A stretch of 64,000 nucleotides of DNA from Gemmatimonadota bacterium. Its GTDB lineage: Bacteria; Gemmatimonadota; Gemmatimonadetes; Gemmatimonadales; GWC2-71-9. The stretch is taken from contig JACQVB010000115.1 in the NCBI GenBank assembly GCA_016209985.1, positions 7,210-71,209 on the forward strand. Direction: 5' to 3'. The translations under genes and the position numbers were made by a program. Below, piece by piece: positions 18,405 to 26,866 of this stretch (the first letter of the stretch is position 1; each line of letters starts with the position of its first letter). The notes under the pieces are model-generated. The model did no database searches, was not told the origin of the DNA, and was given only the letters and a program-made list of their open reading frames with translations.

Positions 18405-19835
18405 ATGCGCGCGCTCATGGTTGTGCTGGCGACCGTAACCCTGGTAGGCCGTGCGTCTGCGCAAAGGGCGGCTTCTCTATCCCCTACCGTGCGAGAGGTT
18501 GTTAGCGTGGACGCGCCCGTGGTGGCCCTCACGCACGTACGCGTCATCGACGGCACCGGTGGGCCGATCGCCAACGACCAAACCGTTGTCATCGCCAATG
18601 GAAGAATCCAGGCGGTCGGGCGCACCGGCGCGGTCCAGGTTCCGGGGGCAGCTAGGGTCTTGGACCTCTCGGGACACACGGTGTTCCCCGGGTTCGTGGG
18701 AATGCACGATCACATTGTCTACGAGACGACCAACCGTATCGTGTCTCTGGGTTTCAGTGCCCCTCGGCTGTACTTCGCGAGCGGCGTTACCACCATCAAG
18801 ACCACCGGGGCCGCCGATCCCTACGGGGAGATCAACATCAAACGGGAGATCGATCAGGGCCGCTCTCCCGGCCCACGGATGCACCTGGCCGGCCCGCACA
18901 TCACGGGCGGCAGACCATGGGATTTGGGCAACCCGGGGAACCGTGTGCTGTGGATGCGCCACGTCTCGACGCCTGAGGAGGCACGCCGGGTAGTGGACTA
19001 CTGGGCCGATGAGGGTGCCACCTTCTTCAAGGTGTATACCGACATCTCTCGGCGAGAGCTGGCGGCGGTCATCGACCAGGCGCACAAAAGAGGCCTGAAG
19101 GTCTCCGGCCACCTCTGCTCGGTCACGTTTCGCGAAGCGGTCGCCCTAGGCATCGACCTTCTCGAACATGGGCTCACTGCCAATACTGACTACCACCCGC
19201 GCAAGGTACCGGACGTTTGCCCTCCCGACAGGGCGGCCGGGCTGGCGGAGCTGGACCTCACCAGCGAAGCCGTGAAGGCCACCTTCCGCGACATGATGGC
19301 CAAGGGCGTCGGGATGACCTCGAACCTGGCAGGGGCTGAGTTGGCGGCTAATCTCGCGCCGATGGATGAACGGGTGGTTGTCGCCCTATCTCCGGAGACG
19401 CTGGCGGAAGCGCTGGCGGCGCGCGCTAATATCGCTGCTACGCAGGCGGAAGCGCGTCAGTTGTTCAAGCAGCGAGTGCGGTACGAGATGGAATTCGTGA
19501 AGGCCGGCGGATTGCTTATGGGCGCTTCCGACCCGAATGGTCTAAACCTGCCGGGCTTTGGAGATCAGCGTGAGTTCGAATTGCTGGTGCAAGCGGGCCT
19601 CACTCCGGCGCAAGTAGTGCAGATTATGAGCGCAAATGGCGCCAAGGTGCTCGGAGTCCTCGACAGCCTTGGCACCGTCACCCAGGGGAAACTGGCGGAT
19701 CTCATCGTCATTCAAGGAGATCCAGCGACGAACCCGGCCGACATCAAGAGGATAACGATCGTTTTCAAGGATGGGGTGGGCTACGACTCGGCAAAGTTGA
19801 TTGCGTCAGTTCGAGGTCTGGTAGGAGTGCGGTGA
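18405..19835 (+). CDS. Secreted amidohydrolase-superfamily metallohydrolase B (paralog of 13008..14447)
   Basis: ORF 18330..19835, with ATG 18405 (AAGGAG upstream). The signal is MRALMVVLATVTLVGRASAQ. It is colinear with copy A over its whole length (SPTVREVVSVDAPVVALTHVRVIDGTGGP..., GMHDHIVYE, ...KDGVGYDSAKLI.SVRGLVGVR). Confidence 0.85.
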   Translation: MRALMVVLATVTLVGRASAQRAASLSPTVREVVSVDAPVVALTHVRVIDGTGGPIANDQTVVIANGRIQAVGRTGAVQVPGAARVLDLSGHTVFPGFVGMHDHIVYETTNRIVSLGFSAPRLYFASGVTTIKTTGAADPYGEINIKREIDQGRSPGPRMHLAGPHITGGRPWDLGNPGNRVLWMRHVSTPEEARRVVDYWADEGATFFKVYTDISRRELAAVIDQAHKRGLKVSGHLCSVTFREAVALGIDLLEHGLTANTDYHPRKVPDVCPPDRAAGLAELDLTSEAVKATFRDMMAKGVGMTSNLAGAELAANLAPMDERVVVALSPETLAEALAARANIAATQAEARQLFKQRVRYEMEFVKAGGLLMGASDPNGLNLPGFGDQREFELLVQAGLTPAQVVQIMSANGAKVLGVLDSLGTVTQGKLADLIVIQGDPATNPADIKRITIVFKDGVGYDSAKLIASVRGLVGVR

Positions 19836-19908
19836 AATAGAATCTCCGCTGGCGATCTTGATCACGCCCGGCGCCTCGCTCCGTCCTTCGTCTAGAAAGG
19901 TGGTGCCC

Positions 19909-21654
19909 ATGCGCGCGCTCATGGTTCTGCTGTCCCTGTTCATCCTCGTAGCTCGAGCGTCTGCCCAAACGACGGGTTTACTCTTCCCTCTCGGCTTTTC
20001 GGCTATCTCGATGGCGACAGCGATGCCTTCGAGGGCCGCCAGCCTTCCGGTGGTGCCGGCTCCTCCGGCAGGAGGTACGGTGCACGAAACGGTGTTTACT
20101 CCGCCGGCGTGGGCCGTGCCACTGGGAGTCGATGCGAAGGCGGAAGCTGCCGTTCTCGCAGCGGACTGCCCAGCGCTCGCGACCGCGGATTTCTCAAAGA
20201 TCCAGGATGCGCCAACGCGAGTGATCAGTGCGAGGCTCGTGGAAGCGAGTGGCGAGCTGCCCGCCTATTGCCAGGTGCAGGGCCTGGTCCTGCCCAGCGT
20301 CGGTTTTGAGCTCCGATTGCCCACGTCCAATTGGAACGGAAAACTATTTGAAGCCGGTTGCGGAGGCTTCTGCGGCAACATTCCCATAGCGGCCTGCGAA
20401 GTTCCCCTGAGAAGGGGCTATGCCTGCATTGCGACCGACATGGGCAACAAGGGCGGACGGACCAATGGTCTGGTGTTCTATAACAACCTCCAAGCGCAAA
20501 TTGACTTTGGCTTTCGCGGCGCGCACGTGACGGCGGTGGCGGGCAAGGCGATCACCGAATCTTACTACGCCAAAGCACCCAGCAAAGCGTACTTCATGGG
20601 ATGTTCCTCGGGTGGCCAGCAGGCGTTTGCGGAGGCGCAGCGCTTCCCGTGGGATTTTGATGGCATCATTGCCGGCGCTCCGTCTCCGACGTTCTCCGGC
20701 CCTATGATGTATTACGAATGGGCGGGCCGGCAGCTGGTAGGCAAGCTGACTCCCGCCAATCTTCAACTCCTTCATGAAAAGGCGGTAGCGAAGTGTGATC
20801 TGGACGATGGACTGAAGGATGGACTCATCGGTTATCCGCCGAGCTGCAAGTTCGACCCGGCTGAGCTCCGGTGCCGTTCCGGGGGACAAAGCGCCTGCTT
20901 GACTGGGGAGCAGGTGGAAGCCGTGAAGAAGGTGTATGCCGGTCCCATGACGTCGAAAGGTGAAAAGATCTACACCGGTGGGCCTATGGTCGGTTCGGAG
21001 CTCAACTGGTTCGGTCCCGGCCCGGCGTACGGCAACAGCTCCATTACCGGCGCCTATGGTAATAGCGATGGCAGCGCCATGTCCGCCTGGCCCAGCGAGT
21101 ACTTCCGTTACGTCGGCTTCATGCCCGCTCAGGGTCCGGAGGGGGAATACCGCGCCTTTGACTTCGATCGCGATTACAAGCGCTTAGGAATGGCAGAGGC
21201 CCTCTTCGGCTATGCGATGAACCCTGACCTGCGGAAGTTCGCGGCCGCGGGCGGCAAGATGATCCTGTACAATGGATGGGCGGATCAGTCGGACATTCCC
21301 TCCGATGCCATCGATTACTACGAGATGGCCGAAAGGACCATGGGCGGCCGCGCGGCGACGCAGCAGTTCTTCCGTCTCTTCCTGATTCCCGGCATGAATC
21401 ACTGCTGGGGCGGGGAAGGCGCATTTGCCATCGATTATCTGAGCTATTTGGAAGCGTGGGTTGAACGGGGTCAAGCACCCGATGTGATGATCGGGGCGCA
21501 TCTCACTGGAGAACCCGGGCCTGCGTACAAGTTCCCGCTGGACCAGAGCAAAGTGAGTTTCACCCGTCCGGTATATCCCTATCCGCTTCAGGCGAGATAC
21601 CAGGGCACCGGAGATCCCAACAACGCCGCCAACTTCCGCCCGGTCGGGCCGTAA
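19909..21654 (+). CDS. Tannase/feruloyl-esterase-family alpha/beta hydrolase (secreted)
   Basis: ORF 19858..21654, with ATG 19909. The signal is MRALMVLLSLFILVARASAQ. The family nucleophile motif is GCSSGGQQAFAEAQRFPWDFDGIIAGAPS. Confidence 0.8.
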   Translation: MRALMVLLSLFILVARASAQTTGLLFPLGFSAISMATAMPSRAASLPVVPAPPAGGTVHETVFTPPAWAVPLGVDAKAEAAVLAADCPALATADFSKIQDAPTRVISARLVEASGELPAYCQVQGLVLPSVGFELRLPTSNWNGKLFEAGCGGFCGNIPIAACEVPLRRGYACIATDMGNKGGRTNGLVFYNNLQAQIDFGFRGAHVTAVAGKAITESYYAKAPSKAYFMGCSSGGQQAFAEAQRFPWDFDGIIAGAPSPTFSGPMMYYEWAGRQLVGKLTPANLQLLHEKAVAKCDLDDGLKDGLIGYPPSCKFDPAELRCRSGGQSACLTGEQVEAVKKVYAGPMTSKGEKIYTGGPMVGSELNWFGPGPAYGNSSITGAYGNSDGSAMSAWPSEYFRYVGFMPAQGPEGEYRAFDFDRDYKRLGMAEALFGYAMNPDLRKFAAAGGKMILYNGWADQSDIPSDAIDYYEMAERTMGGRAATQQFFRLFLIPGMNHCWGGEGAFAIDYLSYLEAWVERGQAPDVMIGAHLTGEPGPAYKFPLDQSKVSFTRPVYPYPLQARYQGTGDPNNAANFRPVGP

Positions 21655-21655
21655 G

Positions 21656-22906
21656 ATCGGCAGCCGCATAGCCGTCGTCGGCGCGGGGGTGATCGGTCTC
21701 GCCGCCGCCTACGCGTTCCGCCACCGGCAGCACACGGTAACGGTGATCGACCGAGGGCCGCCCGGAGGCGAGTGCTCGCGTGGCAACGCCGGTTGGGTCG
21801 TGCCGTTCCTTTCCGGCCCACTGCCGGCCCCCGGCCTTGGACTTCGCTCGCTCGGGTGGATGCTACGCCGCGACAGCCCGCTGCACGTCGATCTGCGGGC
21901 GTTGCCCGGTCTGGCGCCGTGGCTCTGGCGCTTCTGGCGACACTGTAACGCCCGGGACTACGCCCACGGGCTTGAGGCGGTGGCGACGCTGAACGGCGCC
22001 ACCATGCGGCTGTTCGATGCCTGGGCTGCCGATGGCGTAGCGTTTGAAATGCACCAGTCGGGTCTTCTCGTCGTCTTCCTCGACCGCGCCCATGCGCCGG
22101 AGGCGATGGTAGACTTCGCGGCGCTGGAGGATCTCGGCTACGCGGTGCCTAAGCTGCTCACCGGGGATGCGCTTCGCGCCATTGAGCCCGACCTCAGCGA
22201 GCAAGTCACCGGAGGCTTCCTGGTGGAGAGCGAACGCCACGTGCGGCCAGAGAGCCTAACCGCGGGCCTGGCCCGCCGGGTGGAGGAGCTCGGCGTCACG
22301 GTCCGTTCCGGTGTGGGGGTGCTGGGGGCAGTCGGCGGGGGCCGAGTGATACGGGCGCTGCGTACCTCGGAGGGCGAGCTCGCCGCAGACCGCTTCCTGA
22401 TCGCCGCAGGCGCCTGGAGCGGTCGGCTCGCCGCCACCATGGGAGCGGCGCTCCCGGTCGAGGCCGGCAAGGGCTACAGTATCACCGTGGCAGATCCCGC
22501 GCTGAGCCTTCGCCGACCCCTCTATTTCGGAGAGGCGAAGATCGGCGTTTCTCCGTTCCGGAACAGTGTACGGGTGGCGGGGACCATGGAACTCTCGGGC
22601 ATGAACACCCGCCTCCACGTGCGGCGGCTCGCGGCGCTTCGGCGGAGCGCCGAGCGCTACCTCCGGGTACGGCCGGCCTGGGAACGAGGCGAGGAATGGG
22701 TGGGACTGCGAGCGATCACGCCGGATGGCCTTCCGCTAATCGGCCGCCTTCCCGGCTACGATAACGTCTACGTCGCGACGGGCCACGGGATGCTGGGCGT
22801 GACCCTGGCACCCGCCACCGCCGAGCTCGTGGCAGACCTCATGGATGGCTGCACGGACGACGTTGCCGCGTCGTTCGATCCGGCGCGCTTCGCCCGCCGG
22901 ACCTAG
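21656..22906 (+). CDS. FAD-dependent oxidoreductase, D-amino-acid dehydrogenase (DadA)-like; start uncertain (ATC 21656 or ATA 21668)
   Basis: The tool ORF starts at GTG 21689, inside the dinucleotide-binding motif. The frame is open from 21557 and reads ...KIGSRIAVVGAGVIGLAAAYAF. No ATG/GTG/TTG lies upstream of the GxGxxG motif. Confidence 0.75.
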   Translation: MGSRIAVVGAGVIGLAAAYAFRHRQHTVTVIDRGPPGGECSRGNAGWVVPFLSGPLPAPGLGLRSLGWMLRRDSPLHVDLRALPGLAPWLWRFWRHCNARDYAHGLEAVATLNGATMRLFDAWAADGVAFEMHQSGLLVVFLDRAHAPEAMVDFAALEDLGYAVPKLLTGDALRAIEPDLSEQVTGGFLVESERHVRPESLTAGLARRVEELGVTVRSGVGVLGAVGGGRVIRALRTSEGELAADRFLIAAGAWSGRLAATMGAALPVEAGKGYSITVADPALSLRRPLYFGEAKIGVSPFRNSVRVAGTMELSGMNTRLHVRRLAALRRSAERYLRVRPAWERGEEWVGLRAITPDGLPLIGRLPGYDNVYVATGHGMLGVTLAPATAELVADLMDGCTDDVAASFDPARFARRT

Positions 22907-23065
22907 GCATGAGCGGGCGTTCTATACAGCTCGCACGACAAGGAGCAGGATATCGACCCCGCACGCATCACAAGATCCTGAACGTGCTCGACCAGGTGCC
23001 CTTGAAGAAGAAGGCGGCACCGACGAGCCTTAAAGTAGTGAGGTGACACCATAGCGGGGGGACGC

Positions 23066-23827
23066 ATGTTGATGCTCTTACTGATAGTGCTCCTCGGCAG
23101 TTTCCCGGCCGCTGCCTTCGCTCAGACGATGGGAAGCCTCCAGGGACATGTGTACGACGGCCGGACCCAGCAGCCGCTGGCAGATGCCGTCGTTTCCCTG
23201 GTTGGAGGCATTACCCAAGCCCGCACCAACGATTCCGGCTTCTTCCATCTGGCACCTCTTCCCACTGGAGGTATCAACGTGCGGATCGCACGGAGCGGGT
23301 ATGCCGCCGCAATCGAGCGGGTTGAAGTTGCCGAAGGATCCGGGGCGGACTTCAAGCTATTCTCCTCCACCACCGTCCTGGATGCGATCATGGTGAACGC
23401 TCGGACTATGCGAGAATCCTCCTCCAGGGACGGCGCGAAGACGACCACCGTACATCCGGACGAGCGCGGCAGGTCGTCGGCATCGGCACCCAATGATCTG
23501 GTGGCACGCGTTCCTGGAGCGCTGGTCCTCTCGGGCGGACAGCTGGGTTCGGGATCGACCATTCAACTGCGAGGTTTGAAGAGCCTAACCGGCACCGGCA
23601 ACCCGCTCATCTACGTCGATGGCGCACGCGTATCGGGAGGGGAACCACGTAGGGGCGGAGAGGTTGGGGCCGGAGCGAATGGAAGGCCCGGGAGGTACAG
23701 CACGGTGATCGATCAGTTGGATCCTGCCACGATCGATCACATCGAGGTCTTGCCGGGTGCGGCGGCAACATCGTTATACGGTACCGGCGCCGCCGACGGC
23801 GTGATTCTGATCTACACCAAGAGGTAG
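23066..23827 (+). CDS. Stand-alone CarboxypepD_reg-like + TonB-receptor plug-domain protein (no barrel)
   Basis: It has a signal MLMLLLIVLLGSFPAAAFAQ and a CarboxypepD_reg-like segment (GHVYDGRTQQPLADAVVSLVGG...NDSGFFHL). Plug motifs are LRGLKSLTGTGNPLIYVDGARV and IDHIEVLPGAAATSLYGTGAADGVILIYTKR*. The stop falls exactly at the plug/barrel boundary. Confidence 0.7.
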   Translation: MLMLLLIVLLGSFPAAAFAQTMGSLQGHVYDGRTQQPLADAVVSLVGGITQARTNDSGFFHLAPLPTGGINVRIARSGYAAAIERVEVAEGSGADFKLFSSTTVLDAIMVNARTMRESSSRDGAKTTTVHPDERGRSSASAPNDLVARVPGALVLSGGQLGSGSTIQLRGLKSLTGTGNPLIYVDGARVSGGEPRRGGEVGAGANGRPGRYSTVIDQLDPATIDHIEVLPGAAATSLYGTGAADGVILIYTKR

Positions 23828-23925
23828 CCGCGCGCCTTCCACTGTGGACCGGTCCTGCCAGTGCGCAGCGGCGGGCGCGACGGCGCGACCAGGTGATTTC
23901 GGGCAGGCCGAAGGAGTGTTAAGGT

Positions 23926-23960
23926 GACCGCTCCCCGCCGCACTCCAGCGGGGAGCGGTC
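23926..23960. terminator. Convergent-gene hairpin (12-bp stem GACCGCTCCCCG / CGGGGAGCGGTC)
   Basis: Perfect inverted repeat with an 11-nt loop between the ends of 23066..23827(+) and P2(-). It has no U-tract. Confidence 0.4.
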
Positions 23961-23981
23961 CGTCGCGGCCGACGTGGCCTC

Positions 23982-25367
23982 TCAGCGCAACGACACCTTC
24001 TGCGGCTTCGGCGCACCGTCAGGCCCATTGTCCCAGTCCTGCGCCGAGCTGATGTTGGGCAGACCCCACTGATGGCCGTTCCATCCGTCGAACCCATCCA
24101 TCTTGAACGCCCAGAAGCCGGTCAGCATATCGCTGATCACGATCACCCCGTCGGCGTTGCGAACGTCGGCCCCCCACGCGCCCGGCATCCCGCCGACCAG
24201 ACCCTGGCCCAATGCTCCCGGCGCGTGCGGCTTGTCGTAGGTGTCGTAGTAGCCCACGGTGTAGGGATTCGTCGGGTCCATCATGTTGAACACATGGAAT
24301 CCGTCTTCGAAGGCCGCGACGAAGACGTAGGGCCAGCGGACCTCGTAGTTATGCGGGTTGCCGTCCCATGAGGCAGTCCAGGCGCCGATGGGCCGCGAGA
24401 TGTTCTTCACCGTTCCCTCGAGACCCGGCTTCAAATCCACGATCCGGATCGGGGCCCACTGGTACTCGCTCTGGACGACCGTGTAGCGCGCATCCGGGGT
24501 GGTCTGGATGCTGTGCCCGCGCTGCATGCCGGCCATGCCGGTGACGGATGTCAGCAACTTGGGGTTCGCGAGATCGGTGATGTCGTAGACGTAGAATCCG
24601 CCGGCGCCCGCGCCGTAGAGCACGTCGCGCTTGGTGGCGGCATCGTAGGCCACATAGAAATCGTGAAAGGCGCGCGAGGAGCCGCCGTTCGCGGTGTCCG
24701 GCACCAGCACTTTGCCGACCAGCCCCTGGTTCGGATCTTTGGCGAGCAGCTTATCGACATCGTAGAGGTGGCCGTAGGCGGATTGGGTCGTCGCAACAAT
24801 CAGCGGCGCTCCACTCGAATGCTTGTAGGCGAAGATTTCATGGAACCCACCCGGAATCTCCGGGTGCCGAATGCGGGCCACTTCCTTGATGGTCGAGGTG
24901 TCCGGTAGCCCGGTGACGTCCCAGACGATCGCACCCAGGTCATTGTCCGGGCCACCCCTTCCGTACTGAAAACCATTCACGAAGTAGTAGCGCCCGTGAG
25001 TTTTCACGTACGCTGGCGCGAGCGCGCCCGCGGTCTGATGAAGCTCCACGTTGTCGACCGTCCAGGTATAGAGAATCTTCGCTCGCGCCGGGTCCTTGAG
25101 ACTGATGATGTGGATCTGCGAGGGTGTGCCCCACATGGGGACGTAGGCGTAGGGACGGGAGAGCTCCTGCTCCATTTCGACGTCCGCGGTGCGGATTTCG
25201 ATGCCGCCGAGGTTGGGCACGCCTTTGTTGCCGCCCCCCGGAAGCGGGATGTGCGACATGATCTTGACGTTGCGGCTGCCTTGTTCACCTGGGGCGTGCT
25301 GGGCGAGTGCCGGCAGGGCGAGCGCGATGCTCAAGCCTGCGAAGGCGCGTGCGATTCTCCCGGTCAT
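23982..25367 (-). CDS. LVIVD-like beta-propeller paralog P2
   Basis: ORF 23982..25403, with ATG 25367 (AAGGAG upstream). The signal is MTGRIARAFAGLSIALALPALAQ. It is the closest relative of P1 along its whole length and has the same C-terminal tail. Confidence 0.85.
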   Translation of the reverse strand: MTGRIARAFAGLSIALALPALAQHAPGEQGSRNVKIMSHIPLPGGGNKGVPNLGGIEIRTADVEMEQELSRPYAYVPMWGTPSQIHIISLKDPARAKILYTWTVDNVELHQTAGALAPAYVKTHGRYYFVNGFQYGRGGPDNDLGAIVWDVTGLPDTSTIKEVARIRHPEIPGGFHEIFAYKHSSGAPLIVATTQSAYGHLYDVDKLLAKDPNQGLVGKVLVPDTANGGSSRAFHDFYVAYDAATKRDVLYGAGAGGFYVYDITDLANPKLLTSVTGMAGMQRGHSIQTTPDARYTVVQSEYQWAPIRIVDLKPGLEGTVKNISRPIGAWTASWDGNPHNYEVRWPYVFVAAFEDGFHVFNMMDPTNPYTVGYYDTYDKPHAPGALGQGLVGGMPGAWGADVRNADGVIVISDMLTGFWAFKMDGFDGWNGHQWGLPNISSAQDWDNGPDGAPKPQKVSLR

Positions 25368-25437
25368 CGAAGCTCCTTGAGAGGCGGTGGTGTGCGGTCC
25401 CACACACTAATCACGATGCGCGGCGAATGGTACGGGG

Positions 25438-25482
25438 GAACCCTTACAACCCTTAGATCCCTTAGAACCCATAGAACCTCTC
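25438..25482. repeat. 9-bp tandem repeat x5 (GAACCCTTA-like)
   Basis: gaaccctta caaccctta gatccctta gaacccata gaacctctc. It abuts and overlaps the P3 stop codon, in the P3-P2 spacer. Confidence 0.8.
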
Positions 25483-26830
25483 AGCTCGTTTTCTGCGGCT
25501 TCGGTGCTCCTTCCGGCCCATTATCCCAATCCTGGGCGCTCGATACGTTGGGCAGTCCCCACTGGTGACCGTTCCAGCCGTCGAAGCCTTCCATCTTGAA
25601 GGCCCAGACCCCGGTGCGGAAATCCTCGATCACGATGAGGCCGTCGGCGTTGCGGACGTCGACGCCGAAGGCGCCGTTGAACACGCTGCTGCCGCCGAAG
25701 CCTTTCTGGTTGGGACCGTCGTACGTGTCGTGGTAGCCGACCGTGTAGGGGTTGGTCGGGTCCATCATGTTGAAGATCTGCAAACCGTCTTCGTAGCCTG
25801 ACACGAACACGTAGGGCCACCGGACCTCGTGGTTGTGCACCAGTCCCTGCCAGCGAGCGGTCCAGGCGCCAATGGGACGGGTGATCGTCTTTACCGTGCC
25901 ATCGAGACCCGGCTTGAGATCGTAGATCCGCAGCGGCGCGTACTGGTATTCGGTTTCCGCCACGACGTAGCGGCCGGTGGGATCGGGCGTGAAGGTGTGC
26001 GCGACATCGATGCCGGCGCCGCCGATCGAGGTCAGCAGCTTCGGCTCTTCCGGCCGAGTGACGTCATAGATGAAGTATCCCACGAAGCCGGCCCCGTAGA
26101 ACACGTCCCGCTTGTTGGCCGGATCGTAGCCCACGTACATGTCGTGGTAACCACGCCAGCGGGTATTGCCGTTCGCGGTTTCCGGATTGGGAATCCTGGC
26201 GATCAATCCCTGCTGCGGATCGCCTCCCAGGTACTTCTCCATGTCATAGACGTTGACGTTGTGCGTCGTTGTGGTGGTGAAGAGCAGCACGCGTCCGTCA
26301 GCATGTTTGTAGGCGAACATGTTGTGGAAGCCGCCGGGGCCTTCGGGAAATCGGATATAACCTTTGTCGGCGATCCTGGACGTGTCGGGAAGCGTGGTGA
26401 CGTCGAGGACATGTGCGCCGGCATCGGCATCGGGTCCCTGTTGGCCAAACTGGAGCGACTGCACGTCGTAGTAACGCCCCTTGAGCTTGAAGTACTTGTT
26501 GTCCATCGCGCCGGTGCCCTTGTGCAGGTCGGCGTCGCCCACCCGCCAGGAATAGACCAGCTGCGGCCGGGCGGGGTCCTTGATGTCGACGATGTCCGTA
26601 CCGTGCACCAGCATGCGGGACAAATAGATGTACGGCCGCGAAAGCTCCTGCTCGATTTCCAGATCGGAACTGGTGAATTCGCCTCCCAGGGGAAGATGGG
26701 AGACGATCTTGACGTTGCGGCTGCCCTGGGTCCCCGGGACGAAATCCGCGGCGGGTGGAAATCCCTGAGCCAAGGCCATTGAAGCGCTCAGTGACGCGGT
26801 CAGCATGACCGCAAACGGCGATGATCTCAT
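25481..26830 (-). CDS. LVIVD-like beta-propeller paralog P3
   Basis: 449-aa ORF with the signal MRSSPFAVMLTASLSASMALAQ. Family motifs are LEIEQELSRPYIYL, GGFHNMFAYKH, GYHDMYVGYDP and WPYVFVSGYEDGLQIFNMMDPTNPYTVGYHDTY. The tail is ...GWNGHQWGLPNVSSAQDWDNGPEGAPKPQKTS. Confidence 0.9.
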   Translation of the reverse strand: MRSSPFAVMLTASLSASMALAQGFPPAADFVPGTQGSRNVKIVSHLPLGGEFTSSDLEIEQELSRPYIYLSRMLVHGTDIVDIKDPARPQLVYSWRVGDADLHKGTGAMDNKYFKLKGRYYDVQSLQFGQQGPDADAGAHVLDVTTLPDTSRIADKGYIRFPEGPGGFHNMFAYKHADGRVLLFTTTTTHNVNVYDMEKYLGGDPQQGLIARIPNPETANGNTRWRGYHDMYVGYDPANKRDVFYGAGFVGYFIYDVTRPEEPKLLTSIGGAGIDVAHTFTPDPTGRYVVAETEYQYAPLRIYDLKPGLDGTVKTITRPIGAWTARWQGLVHNHEVRWPYVFVSGYEDGLQIFNMMDPTNPYTVGYHDTYDGPNQKGFGGSSVFNGAFGVDVRNADGLIVIEDFRTGVWAFKMEGFDGWNGHQWGLPNVSSAQDWDNGPEGAPKPQKTS

Positions 26831-26866
26831 CGATAGGTCTCCTGCAAGAAAGTGGTCGTTGTGGTG

